From Amphiscolops sp. MND2022 (taxonomy: Eukaryota), in the NCBI GenBank assembly GCA_964187785.1, contig OZ076409.1, positions 80,974,001 to 81,034,000 on the forward strand: a stretch of DNA of 60,000 nt, in the 5' to 3' direction. Of the stretch, positions 39,565 through 52,000 are shown piece after piece (position 1 is the first letter of the stretch; every line of letters starts with the position of its first letter). Below the pieces are notes generated by a model, which saw nothing but the letters and a program-made list of their open reading frames with translations, was not told where the DNA came from and made no database searches. A program made the translations under genes and the position numbers.

Positions 39565-41770
39565 TGTCACAGCCCCACTTGAGCTGTGAGTATTGCAGCA
39601 GAATCAACCCAGTCTTCGAAGAATTAATTAGGAAATGGAAAAGGAGAAATGAAAACAGAAAACCAGAAAACAATCAGTTCAATCCATACAACCTGAAACA
39701 ATGGCGCTAAATAATATAATAATTAGAAGAAATTATATATTAATATTTATGTAGTTATATATACTTACATACAGTATACTAACCGGGATAAAGCTACTTG
39801 TGCAGTTAATAGTATTAATACGGTGCTATATAATTAATAGTAATACAATCACACCGCTCAGTAAGCGGCCTGAATGAATAATGGCGGAACTGCGGCCTGG
39901 CAGCCGGCCTGAGATTTGCGCAGTGAAGCGGTGGCCTGGCGAGTGGCCTGAGAATGAAAGTGCTACGAATCAATCTCTAACACCAATTATGCTATTTTGT
40001 GAGTACATGTAAACCTGTTGATGCGTTAAACGAGTATTAGAATAACGTTATACATGTAATTGTCCATATAAACAAGTATTGGAGCTAACTTTGAAATACC
40101 GATATACTGCGGCCCAGGACATGGCCTGAAATGTAAATCTATAAAATCCATTGTAGAAATGGAAATTGTTAATGTTAATAGTGATTTTTTCTGCTCCTAA
40201 TGAGCCTACCAATCAATGCCTGCAATCTCAAATGATGACTGGAGACAAAGAATGAAGTATGATGCTATTTTTACAGATAAACCATGTTCAAGTGCTATAC
40301 GAAGTAGACCGCGGCCTGAGACACGGCCTGAAATCTATTCTGACCAAATCCATCCTGGAATTGGAAATATCGACCCTCCCTAACCATTTCTCCGCTTTCA
40401 CGAGAGAGCAGTGACGCAACGCATACAACAGTAAGCGGTATTGATTGATTGCATGCAATGTATGATGATTTTAACCATGTAAATGCAGTATTTAATTTGA
40501 GAATGCCAAGCCTCGGCCCAGACCTTGGCCTGGGATTGAATGTTCGATTTAGCTTGTTTTAATCTCCATAAATGATTTGTGTTGCCTTGTTTAGAGTCAA
40601 TTTCCACTCAACTAGATTGGGAAGAGACTCGAACCGTATTTTCGAGTTGATGCTAATCACTGAATTGTTTGTTGTTGATATAATTAATCATTATTTTTCG
40701 GGAAATCATTTCATTTTTGCCTCAACCGTTCCAGACTTTAGCCTGGGACCGAGCTTTCCCATTTATACTCGAATTTGTGATTTTAAGCTCTCATGAGTGA
40801 ACTTTATGAGCTAATTTGCATTTCTTATTAAATAATCATCTCGCCGTGCAATATTTGAACCAAATTAATTTGGGAAATTCTCATTTTCCCAATTTCCAAT
40901 TTGTTGCTTTGTTCGATCATTTCGCTCTTTGGGCGTGCGCAGTGACTAATTTTTCACGCTTTGTTCAGTTTCGGCGTCTTGAAAAGGCGGGGATTGGAGG
41001 CGAAGGGAAGCGGAGTCGCAACTCAGACAGGAAGTGGACGCTTGCTTTCCTCGGAAAGCATGAACAAACTGAGAGTCTGAGTTCGACAAAGCGGAACTGA
41101 ACTTCCTGTTTCTCCGCCTTGGAAGGACGCCGGGCTGAATGAAGCGTGAAAGTGGTGCGGTTTTTTCCCCGCTTCACGTGGGTGAAAAGTATATATACTT
41201 TGGAAGATTGAATAATTCCAGTGAAAAAATAATCTTGATAATTTCAACAAGTTGATAACTTGACAATTTCGTTAGAATCTTGAAATTCAGTAATCATTCG
41301 CTGTAAAACAACTTTACTCTTCACTTTGAAAATACAATTGAAGATTAAAAATCTCAATCTTTTCCCTCAGATTCTCATTGGATAGCCTCAAGCTTATAAA
41401 TCTTAAACCCAAAAAATGCCTGAAAGATCCTCTAAAAGAAAGGCCAGAAGAGATTCAGTGACTAGTTCGCTAGGCGAGCCAGAAGAAACTAGTTTGAGAA
41501 CTGAAAACGCTCCCAGTATTTCCGACCGAGACTTCTCTGAGTTATCTGAGAAAATTGAAAAGTCAGTGACCAGAAGGATAAGAGATGCCGAAGTTGGGCA
41601 GAGAGAGATTTTGAAAATGATCGAGAACTTATCCTCGAAAATAGATTCACTGTCCGGTCAACCGCCCAATTGTGAAAACCTCGCCTTAGATTCCGACGAG
41701 ACTGAAAATCAAGCCTCAACATCAAGGCCATCCATACTGAATGAGTTGCACCCATCACAGGGTCAACACA
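39565..41770 (+). repeat. 5' LTR of element C
   Basis: Direct repeat of 53704-55909, about 9 substitutions seen by eye. Confidence 0.97.
39894..40530. promoter_or_regulatory. Array of five GGCC-N8-GGCC paired motifs in U3
   Basis: GGCC pairs at 39894/39906, 39933/39945, 40111/40123, 40313/40325, 40515/40527, all 12 bp apart, in AT-rich context. Function is inferred. Confidence 0.6.
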
Positions 41771-42978
41771 TGGTGACAGGAGTGTTCCCCCAAGCAGAAG
41801 TGCCGCCCCGATCATCAAGCCTACCGCCCCCCAACCAGAAATACCCGGACCACATAGTGGAAAAGCTACTAGAATCGCTACAGAACGTAACCCAACAAAA
41901 TATCGGGCTCCCTAGACTGCCAAAAGCGATGTCAACAACAATGCCTACTTTCAAAGGTAAAAACGACAAGTTTGAACACTTCGAAGACCTTTTCATGACT
42001 AGCCTCAAAGTGTATCCCAACATATCCGAAGAAGAGAAAATACACTATTTCCATTCCTTACTCAGGGATGACGCCCTGCAGACCTCCCGCAACATGACTG
42101 ACACAAACCGTGCCAGCCTGGAGGACATCATAGCAACCTTCAGACGACGATATGTCCGCCCCCAATCTATCGCAACAGCCCGCTGCAAATGGAATCAGCT
42201 CTATTTTGACCCATCCCAACAAACTTTCCAAGATTTCTTGGAGCAGTATCAAAAACTGGCCCAAGAAGCATACGGAGATGACGCCCCCAAGTTCATTGAG
42301 ACCTCCTTCTACGCCAAAATGCCGACTCACCTAAAACGAGTGCTAAACCAGGCAAGGTTAGAAACTGAATCGTACGAAATGATGGTCGAACACCTAGAAA
42401 GAGAGATGGAGCTAAACGGACTGTTGGCACCAAACGAGAGCAACATAACAGGAGTGCACCAAATTGACGTGCAAGACCCACAACAAGCTCCGAATCCCCC
42501 CAAACCATCAGGACCATGCTACGGATGTGGGCAATCCGGCCATGTTGTCAAAAATTGCAGAAAAGTAGCCCGCGAAGCTCGCAATCGGGGTAACAGAGTG
42601 CCCAACAAAATAGTTAACCCATGCGAAACTTGTGGCAAGAAAAGCCACACAACTGAAGAATGCTACTCAGGCGCCAACTGGGCAAATCGACCACAATGGT
42701 GGAAAACCCCCAAGGCTACGTCCTCAAACAGCATACCGCTACCACCACAGTCACAAGGTCAGTATGCCAAAACCAATTTACCAGTGACCCAACCGCCATA
42801 TCAAAATCAAACAACCAGCCAAATGGGCTACCTACCTCCCCTTTCAATGACAACCCAACCCCAAACCCAAACCCAGTACCACAACCAGACAACTGACCAC
42901 ATGGGATTCATACCTCCAAGGCAAGTGACTACCCAACCTCAAACTCAACCTCAAAACCAAACTCAGTCAAAAAACTAG
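41416..42978 (+). CDS. gag: Gag of element C (520 aa; first 118 codons inside the LTR; two CCHC knuckles; Q/T/P-rich repeated tail)
   Basis: CYGCGQSGHVVKNC and CETCGKKSHTTEEC; homology to element B Gag. Confidence 0.93.
   Translation: MPERSSKRKARRDSVTSSLGEPEETSLRTENAPSISDRDFSELSEKIEKSVTRRIRDAEVGQREILKMIENLSSKIDSLSGQPPNCENLALDSDETENQASTSRPSILNELHPSQGQHMVTGVFPQAEVPPRSSSLPPPNQKYPDHIVEKLLESLQNVTQQNIGLPRLPKAMSTTMPTFKGKNDKFEHFEDLFMTSLKVYPNISEEEKIHYFHSLLRDDALQTSRNMTDTNRASLEDIIATFRRRYVRPQSIATARCKWNQLYFDPSQQTFQDFLEQYQKLAQEAYGDDAPKFIETSFYAKMPTHLKRVLNQARLETESYEMMVEHLEREMELNGLLAPNESNITGVHQIDVQDPQQAPNPPKPSGPCYGCGQSGHVVKNCRKVAREARNRGNRVPNKIVNPCETCGKKSHTTEECYSGANWANRPQWWKTPKATSSNSIPLPPQSQGQYAKTNLPVTQPPYQNQTTSQMGYLPPLSMTTQPQTQTQYHNQTTDHMGFIPPRQVTTQPQTQPQNQTQSKN
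41771..41784 (+). other. PBS TGGTGACAGGAGTG (tRNA-Leu-like)
   Basis: Directly follows the LTR end; its complement CACTCCTGTCACCA resembles eukaryotic tRNA-Leu 3' ends. Confidence 0.85.
42969..42975 (+). other. -1 ribosomal frameshift heptamer A-AAA-AAC at the gag end
   Basis: TCA AAA AAC TAG; same heptamer at the gag end of element B, where the -1 frame is continuous with pol. Confidence 0.75.
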
Positions 42979-43141
42979 CTTTGCCACATCTTCAGTTTGG
43001 GGAGATTGTCGAAACCCGACATTTCACAACATCAGAACCCCCAAATACCACGAAGAAAATGACGAGCGACATGAAGAACCATCTCTCGACTGGCAGCGAA
43101 GATGGCAGATTCACAAGCTCAACAAACAAAATAGACAAAAC

Positions 43142-46100
43142 ATGACTAAAAAGGACTACCCCCAATGGTACCTTGACAACCCAACCGACTACAGTACCCC
43201 AAAACGACCACTACCCGAAAGTACTGCCCCTGAAACCTACATACATGACCCTGACTACAACTGCGACCCCTACTACAATCCCAAAATCTACGACCAATTG
43301 ACTCTAACCTTTAAACAACAAGAGTGTACGCCATTTGAGGAATTTATCAAGAAAACTGGGATGAATATCTCGACAGAACCACGTCACAGACCGAAGACCG
43401 TCCCACCAGTCCCAGAATACGACCAGGACGCGGAACAAGTGACAGAAATAATAGTCGACGAGTCGACTAACAAACCCAAGTCCATACTCAAAGATCACGG
43501 ATCACAAACAACGGCTCCACAATCGCCACCAAAAAACCAACCAGTTAACCCAATCAGAGCCGGAAGAATACGATCCCCAACAATGGACGTGGCACCCGAC
43601 TGCCACCAACATGAAAATCTCACCGGCAGGACCACGACTGAAGCCGTGGACCTGACCCAAACCACAACCAACACGGAGATAACAATCTCCACACCGCAAA
43701 CAAGGAGAATAAAAAGGTCTCTACTCCTAGAGCCTCTCTCCTACAACGAGGCGTCGTCCTCACTCTCCTCCCCAAGAAGTCAGTCCGCAAATGAAGTCGA
43801 GGACCCTCGACCCATTACGACTGACGAAACGAACATGCAGTCTGAATTCCTACCCGGTGACGCAAATGGCACACCACTCCAGGACGTACCTAGGTCCTAC
43901 CCCAACGACCAGGCTGCAGAATACCCGAATCAAGATCATTCAGGCAGAGGGACACAAACCCCCCTCTCTTCCAACACCAGGCAGTCCGAAAATGAGACCG
44001 AGAACCCTCGTCCCATTACGATTGCCGCAACCAACATGCAATCTGCATCCCCCTCAGGTGCTGTAAACGACACACCAACCCAGGACGAACCCCAGTCCTA
44101 CCCCCTGGCGCAGATTGCAGAATACCTCACAAGAGACCCAATCACCAAAGAGGAATGCTTCCCAATCTTCTCAGCGGTGACTCTTAAGAAAAAGAAGAAG
44201 ATGCTATTCGCCCCAATGGACTTCCAGGACCTGACACTGGACGCCCTCATTGACTCTGGAGCGCTGGTCAACTGCATCTCCGAAACCGACTATAACAAAA
44301 TCCTTCAGATGTCCCCCAAGGACATAGTCAAAGAAATGGAACCACCCCCGTTCAAACTCCAAGTCGCAAACGGCGACATTGAAGCCCCCACCAAAACAAT
44401 AATCCTCCAATTTGAAATAGGGGACTGGAATTTCAAAGAGACGTTCATCGTTGCAAAACAACTAACAGGCCCAATACTTGGTCTCACATTCCTGAAAAAC
44501 AACAGCGCCATTCTGGATGTAAGCCAAGGCCTACTCCACTTCCCCCATCTAACGTACTCAATTGAAACCGACGAGTACACCCGCAACCGAAAGATGTACA
44601 AAGTACAAGTAAAGAATCCAATCACCATTCCTCCTGAAACAACCCAGACAATCACCGCCTACACAGACATAACGTCTACCATCGGCACAACCGGTGTCAT
44701 CAACCCAGCTACCAACCATTGTAGCGGTGACCCCCTAGTAGTAGCCAGCTCAATATCTACAGCCTCCAACAGGAAAATTGAGGTAAGGGTGACCAACACT
44801 ACCCCCACACCCTACACAATAAAAAAGAACACGACGGTTGCTGAATTCAAAATTATGTCGCCCGAAGAAGCCAAAGAGCTCAAACCGCTCAACACCGCAG
44901 CACTAAAAGTACTCACGGAGGATGACTCAGAAGATGCGATACTATACATCAATGAACTCCTGAAAACTTCGGACCAACCTTCCCAGAGTCAAAACTTTTG
45001 GTTCCCCACACCAGACAATCCAGGCGACCCTAGTACCCACACGCCGATTCAAAGCAGAATACTGAGGGAAATCAAGGAACTGGAAGAGATCCAGAAACTG
45101 GACCCCAATAACAATGCTGAAGACCGAGAGGCATTCCTCAAAAACTTTAAATGGGATGATTCCCAATTAACAGAAAATGACCAAAAAGACATTGAGGAAA
45201 TCTTGATAGAATTCAATGACATTTTCGCGAGGCACCGACTAGACATCGGAATCAACCACGACTTTAAAATCAAGCTCACGCCAAAAACCGACGACCCAGT
45301 CTACTCGCAAAGCCTGCCTTGCCCCATTAACTTGAAAGAGGACTTGACAGTGGAACTGGCATTAATGCATTACTTCGGGATTATAACAACCCTCCCGTTC
45401 AGCAAGTACGCCAGCCCGATTTTCGCTCAACGAAAGCCGAACGGCCGCCTACGGCTCCTAGTAGATCTCAGAAAGATCAACAACCTGATTTCCGATGATT
45501 ACATCAATAACAATCATCCGGTCAGCACCCTCACGGACGCGGCACAACACCTCGCTGGCAAGAAGTTGTTCTGTAAGCTTGATTGCTCACAAGCTTACCA
45601 CGTACTGCAGATGGCAGACCAGAAGTCAGTCCAACTCCTAGCTTTCAACTTCGCCAGCAGGACGTTCGCGTATCTCAGGCTGGCCCAGGGACTGAGCCGC
45701 TCACTGTCATCCTTCTCAAGCTTCATGAGGGAGTATCTGGACAAAGCCATAAAGGCGGATAAATGCGCCCAATACGTGGACGACATTGGAATCGCCACAA
45801 ACACTCCTGAAGAGTTGAAAAACAATTTGAGAGAGGTCTTCCAATGCATCCGCGCCGCAGGACTCCGGCTCACAATGGCGAAATGTCAGTTCGGCGCCAA
45901 GGAAGTCGAATTCCTTGGGCGGACGATCTCCCCATCAGGTGTAGCACCCCAGAGCCACAAGATACAGAAATACCTGCAAACACTCAAGTTCCCCCGAACG
46001 AAGTAAGGACTTCAACGATATATCGGCTTTGTGAACTTTTACAGAAATTACATTCCTCGATTATCCGAGAAGATTGCCCCTTTCCACGAACTCATCAAAT

Positions 46101-48751
46101 CTGACAAGCCTGCCAAAATCGACCAAGAGCTCATAGCAAACTTTGAGGCCATCAACAAGTCCTTAGACAACGCGTGCGGGCTCTACCTCAAACAGCCGCT
46201 GCCAAACCGGCAGTATGTCATGATGACTGACGCCAATTTCAAGAACGCCGGATACGCCTTAATGACCGAAGAGGACCCAGAACAGAAACTCACCTCCACC
46301 AAGAAAACATATGCTCCTGTGGCATTTGGATCTAAAACTTTCTCTCCGTCACAATTGAAAATGTCAATTTATGCCAAGGAGTTTTTAGCCATCTATTTTG
46401 CCTTCATGGAGTATAGTCACATCTTGTGGGGTTCCTCCAAGCCAACCATCGTCCTAACAGACAATAAATCAGTCACAAGGTTTTTTCAAACCAAAATGAT
46501 TCCACCCTCCCTGTGGAACGCTTGTGATTTCGTGCTTCAATTCCATTTCAAAATCGCCCATGTGCCAGGAAGGATGAACACGGCGGCAGACTTCCTATCC
46601 CGATTGGACATCAGTCCCAAAGAAAAAGTCCTTCTCCAAATCAGAGAAGATATCCAGACAACACCCATCCAAGTGAACATCCAGTCCTCAGATATACATG
46701 AGGAGGACCAATTTTACTTTTTGCCAGAAGATGATTCCGAAACTGAGGAAGACATCTGGGAACGCAAACAGAGTGCCCGAAAGAAAATCTATAACCCCCA
46801 AGAACAACCAACTCAAACTGATACGACTGAACCAAAACCCCAAACGGAGAATCTACCCCTGGTCTGCAACAGCATCCAAGACCCGGAACAGAAACAAAGG
46901 CGCCAGCTATACAACGAAAACAGTTTTCCACGCAGCCTCAGACCACACCAGGACCAGGACCCTGTCCTCAGAAATCTCAAGCTCAAAATATTGAAGGAGC
47001 CGTACGACACCCAACTCCTCAATGACGACCCCAGAGCAGCGAAGTACCTAGCCCAAGAAGATAGGATCATCATCAAAGACGGCCTCTTGTATAGACAATA
47101 TTTTGGGGACACGGGGAAGGTCAAATATTTACAAGTGCTGCTCCCCCAACAACTGGTCAATGAATTCATACACCACCATCATGGCAAATATGGAAGACAT
47201 CCGGGCATAGCCAAAACCATTCAACAATGCCGCGAGAAATATTACTACCCAGGACTTGCCGCCCGGATAACCAACCATATCTCACAGTGTATGGAATGCG
47301 CCCAAACAAAGCGGACACCCAATAGCACCATCACACCACCACTAATCGACATGTCAAAAATAGCAATGGGACCCGAAGACGCACTCCAGATGGACATAGT
47401 CCCCTTCGATGACCCATCAGGAGGATACACCGCAGTCATCACAGCAATGGATGTCTTCTCCAGGTACCTATTCGCCTACAGTGTCGCTAGAATCGACACC
47501 AGAACGGTCACCAGAGTCCTAATGGACATCATCACCAGACATTGCTATTTACCCACAACAATCATAACGGACAAGGGATCCCAATTCATATCAGAAGCGA
47601 TGCAACAAACCACCGCTGCACTGGGAATCCAACTGAAACACGCCACCACGAAACACGCTCAGACAATCGGCATCCTGGAGAGGACTCACGCCTCCCTGAA
47701 GGAAAGCCTCAAAATAATGACAGGGGAACGGCGCACGATGTGGCATCAATTCCTACCGATGGCGGTATTGAATTACAATACCTCATACCACACATCACTA
47801 GGATGCGAACCCAGCAGAGTGTTTCACGGAAGAGTGCCCTACAATGTACTCGACCTGAAATATGGACTCAAGCCGCAGCCCCCTACCCCAATCAACCACG
47901 AGATAGCCGAGGGAGTGTTACAACAAACACAACAGATCCTCAACCAAAGCCAGCAAGCTCTGATGCAAGCCTATGTCCGTCATAAACGCTATTATGACAG
48001 AAAGGCATCAGCAAACCCACTGGTAGTAAACGACTACTGCTATGCATTGCATCCAAAGGCGCATAGCCAAGCGACAAAACTGCCGTTTCGGGATTACCTT
48101 TGGACGGGACCATATATCGTGGTCGAAACCCTACCCAATAATAACTATTTAATCCGAAAACTCCAAACGAACCTCACCCAAATCCTGCACAGAATCAGAC
48201 TACGGCCATTCGCAAGCAGCCACAAACTGCCTGACATCTCAGTTGCGCCTAAAGATTTCCAGCAGGACACCGAAGTGCCTATACAGCACGATGACCTTTT
48301 CGCAATGGCTTGGCAGGAACTTCACCAAGAACACCCTACCCACTCCACAAATAGTCAACCACCCGAACCCGAAGTAATACCCCAAGCTCAGGAACCAGAT
48401 ACTGACCCAATATACCCCAGCCCTTCGAACCCCGACCCAGAGCATGCACCTGGAAGCAGTAATAACCACCCGGAAACCCAGACAGATGACCCAGACCTAG
48501 ACACCGAAGATGAACCCGAAGATTGTCCACCCGTTCCTAAATCCCCCCGAAAATCCCATTACAATCTCCGACGAAACCCAGCTTCAAATTGGAAACCAGA
48601 TTTCGCATACTATAATGCAGTAGAAATAAACTCCGAAAATCCCGCAATTCAAAACGAAGGCCTGAGCGACGGCCCAGAAATACAGATCCTAGCAGACCTC
48701 GGCCCAGACGGGGGCCCAAGATCAGAAAATCAATGTGGCCCCAGGCTCTAA
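43142..48751 (+). CDS. pol: Pol of element C (protease, RT, RNase H, integrase) interrupted by one in-frame TAA at 46004-46006
   Basis: LIDSGA (PR); YVDDI (RT); MTDA/KEFLA/TDNK/ADFLS (RNase H); H..H..CMEC, QMDI, TDKGSQF, ILER (IN). ORFs 43142-46006 and 46031-48751 are in the same frame (TK*GLQRYIGFVNFY). Confidence 0.95.
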
Positions 48752-49090
48752 CCTGGCCGGCCGATCTACAACTGAATCTCAAATCTCCTCAACCTACAAT
48801 GGCTTATCACTCTTTCACTCTACGACTTGGATGAAAACGATGCAGAGGCTAAATATTAAATTCAGAAAATTGAGCCGCCTCGAACTTTCTGGTTTGCTTC
48901 ACAACACCAGAGCCTGGATTTTTACCCCTTTTTTTTCCTTTTCATTTTTTTCTTCATGGAACCAACTCGTGGAACTGCACGACACTAAAAGAAACAAATA
49001 AATAACAAATCAGCAACCATATCAAGAATATCAATCGAACAAGTTCAAAAGAAGCTCATCAAAAGTATTGTTTTCCTCTCTCAACAGAGT

Positions 49091-52000
49091 TCAACAAGAT
49101 TTCCCGTGCTGGCGGCCTTTCTTGTGACTGCTTTTCCCTTTTTCCACAGACGAACCTGAAGTAGCCCGTTTGGAACCAGAAGCCTCAGCCAGAGACACAG
49201 TGTCAGCAACAGAAGCAGCACCAGAACATTCACCTCGGGAAGACGGCCCAGCCAACATACGTGACCTCCACTCCTCAACTTGACCAGAATAGTACGCATT
49301 ATAACACTGGAATAGACTCTCGAATATGTCCTTCCAAGCATGCCGACTGACACCATCGCAGACATCAAAGGAGGTACGCGCAAGGAACTGATGCCCAGCT
49401 GGCAAATTAACCTTTAACTCCTCCAGACACTCAACCGTTAACAGATCATTCGAAACGAACTTCGGATGAAGGACAAAAGACTGCACTGCACTCAAACCAG
49501 ACCGTATGACAGAAACTGGCAGCCCAATCCCACTCATCGAAACATCCACTGAAGGCATCGCACTAGCAGCAGGACTCACAATCACTCGCAACAGACGGAC
49601 AACTTGCTTCACATGACTCCGACACTGATAGACGTCACTGGCTTCCAAATATGTAAACACATCCGGGATTCGAGCAGGGTCGACTGACCGTTCACGGAGT
49701 TCCACGACTAAGGACTTGAACTCATTAACAGACGACTCGCGATCTAAACCACTCAGATAACCACCTTCTTGGAGACAGGTCACTAAATCCTGGAACAGGT
49801 CCACGACATACTCCGCATCCCCGCACACCAACATATCCACGCTCAAGCAGCTGAGCGAGCGGGCAATACGAGAATTAGCATAATTGGACGAACCGAGCTG
49901 CTTCAAAAACTCCAACAGGTATAACTGACAATCTCGCAGGAACGATCGGCGGGCAGCATCATCAAAGCCTCGCAATGCAGAAAGGATACTCGGTTCAGCC
50001 CGCAAACATTCAGAGGCAGTAACGTTAGCCCAGTTGGTCAAAGGCTGATCGATGTACTCGAACCAATTGTCGACTGATGGAAGCTGACTGACCTTCTTCA
50101 CTTTACCCAGAAGACTCCAGTAAAAGAAGCAAAAATCAGTGAAATTACGACAAGCGTAATCTCGGACATTTGGATCTTGCTGTTTCTTGAAGTTTGAGCA
50201 GTAGCATAACAGGATGACGTGCAATAAGGCCAGCCGAGGTAACCCCAAGCGGTCTGAACACAGCAAAGAGTCCAAATCAACCACGTTAACTGCCTTCTTC
50301 ATCAATAGAACATCGTTAGACAAACAAAGTTTTATATCAGCCCAGTTATCCAGTAACTCCTGCAATACTTCACACAATGACTCAAAGGGCACGACTCCAG
50401 ACTCAAGACACAGACGTAACTGAGGTAAATTCAATAACCACGCCTGATGCCGAACTCGTTTCAGGCGCTGTACTAGGTACTCCACAGTCGCAAATGGATC
50501 CACAGACCCAACACACACAAAACTGGATTCGTTGATCAGACGACGTAACAGATCAGGGCCAAAGGTCACGGAAACAATAGGCACAGGACGCCCTACTGAG
50601 CAACACCAGTCAACATAGGCATTGAAAAGGACCGGAGGACAGTCCACGATGGTTGCAGGCCCTCGACTCGTTGAAACAAGCGACAAAACTCGCGACAGAC
50701 ACTGCATTTCGGCCTCACAAGAAACTGCGCCACGGTCCTCGTCAAAGAGATGCACTTCGCGCAGGCAATCGTCGGGACAGCAACGGACGATGCATTTCAC
50801 ACCGGAGCATGAAGCCTGCAGCGCCAAGCTAAACGGGCTGTCACCTAGCCACGACTTCACGCGACGAAGCACACGGGGATACAAGGTCTGCACAAGGACC
50901 ACCAGAGTCTCTGTTTTGCTCCAGGTCACTGAAGCGTACGGGCTCTCGACAGGCAAAGTCGTCCGGAACTGATTCCATAACCACCGACGCCGGAACACTT
51001 GAGACCCACCGCTCCTCAGCAGCTCGAACAAACACCCCACAAGAGTAGTTGGAGGCACATTGGAAGGGACACCAACCAATGCATCCACCTCGTCTTCAAT
51101 GAATTTATTCATTTTGCCCAGTACCACGGGGGGCGTTTCCTCAATCTCAGCACGCTGCTCAGTTGACAAGTCTGCAACCCGGATAGGATCAAACTTTTCA
51201 GTGTAGATCACATCCTCGTGGTCGTAACGGTACCGACGATCTTTGAGGTAGTGGCCTTTGCACTTGAAGTGCCTCCAGATTCCACGAGCACCACGAGATA
51301 AAAAAGAAACGTCTTTCTGACAAATTGAGCAGTTGAATCCATTGGGGCTCTTGTCGTTTCGTCGGCTAACGAATAGCCTGGGGATAGCATGATCACTCAT
51401 GGCCTTTGTCAACACGTGCCGTTCCGTCTGCTTCTTAGCACGTTCCTCTTCTCGGGCCAACAACTTCTCCTTCTTTGCTTCTAAAGGGTCAAGCACTCGG
51501 CCAGGATTGTTAGCATCGATGCCTTTCCCTTTCAGTAGCCGGGATAACTCTTCGAACTCTAAATACAACAACCGGTGATCAAACAAATGACACAAAGAAA
51601 ACCAAACCAATCACACAATCAACCTACAGACAAAGAGAGTAACACCAAAGAAACAAGCATAACAGTCAGCAGAACAGAACACAACCAAAACAAGAAAGAA
51701 AAAATGCACTCACGCTTTGTCAAGTTCTTTGTCTCCTTCAGTGCCTCAGTACGTTCGGCTCGGGCAGCACTCCGGGCCAGCATTACACACTGAGCAGCTG
51801 ACATCATCATCGGCGATCCAGGGGGAACAGGTGCCAAGCCAACTAACAACAAAAACAACACATGTTACCCACCGGAAAGCATATAGAAGCTAACCTAAAG
51901 CCGGCCAAACAACTACAGAACCAAGGAAGCGATGACATGAAGTACAAAACAAATACGGTTCAACATACCAGTATCCCAATCGTTGTAGACAACTGAAGCT

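Noticed and set aside
40398..41250. Small ORFs within element C LTRs
   Set aside because: Short, overlapping, no motifs; duplicated only because the LTR is duplicated.
46004..46006. Programmed read-through between RT and RNase H
   Set aside because: A TAA within the conserved RT-thumb motif (KKxLQRYIGF) is best explained as a point nonsense mutation; no precedent at this position that I can support.
41489..48782. Many short minus-strand and alternate-frame ORFs over gag/pol
   Set aside because: Shadow ORFs of the long coding frames.
49091..51610. 839-aa ORF as an envelope gene
   Set aside because: Antisense; no signal peptide, furin site or C-terminal TM anchor seen; its hydrophobic first 17 residues fall in a predicted intron.
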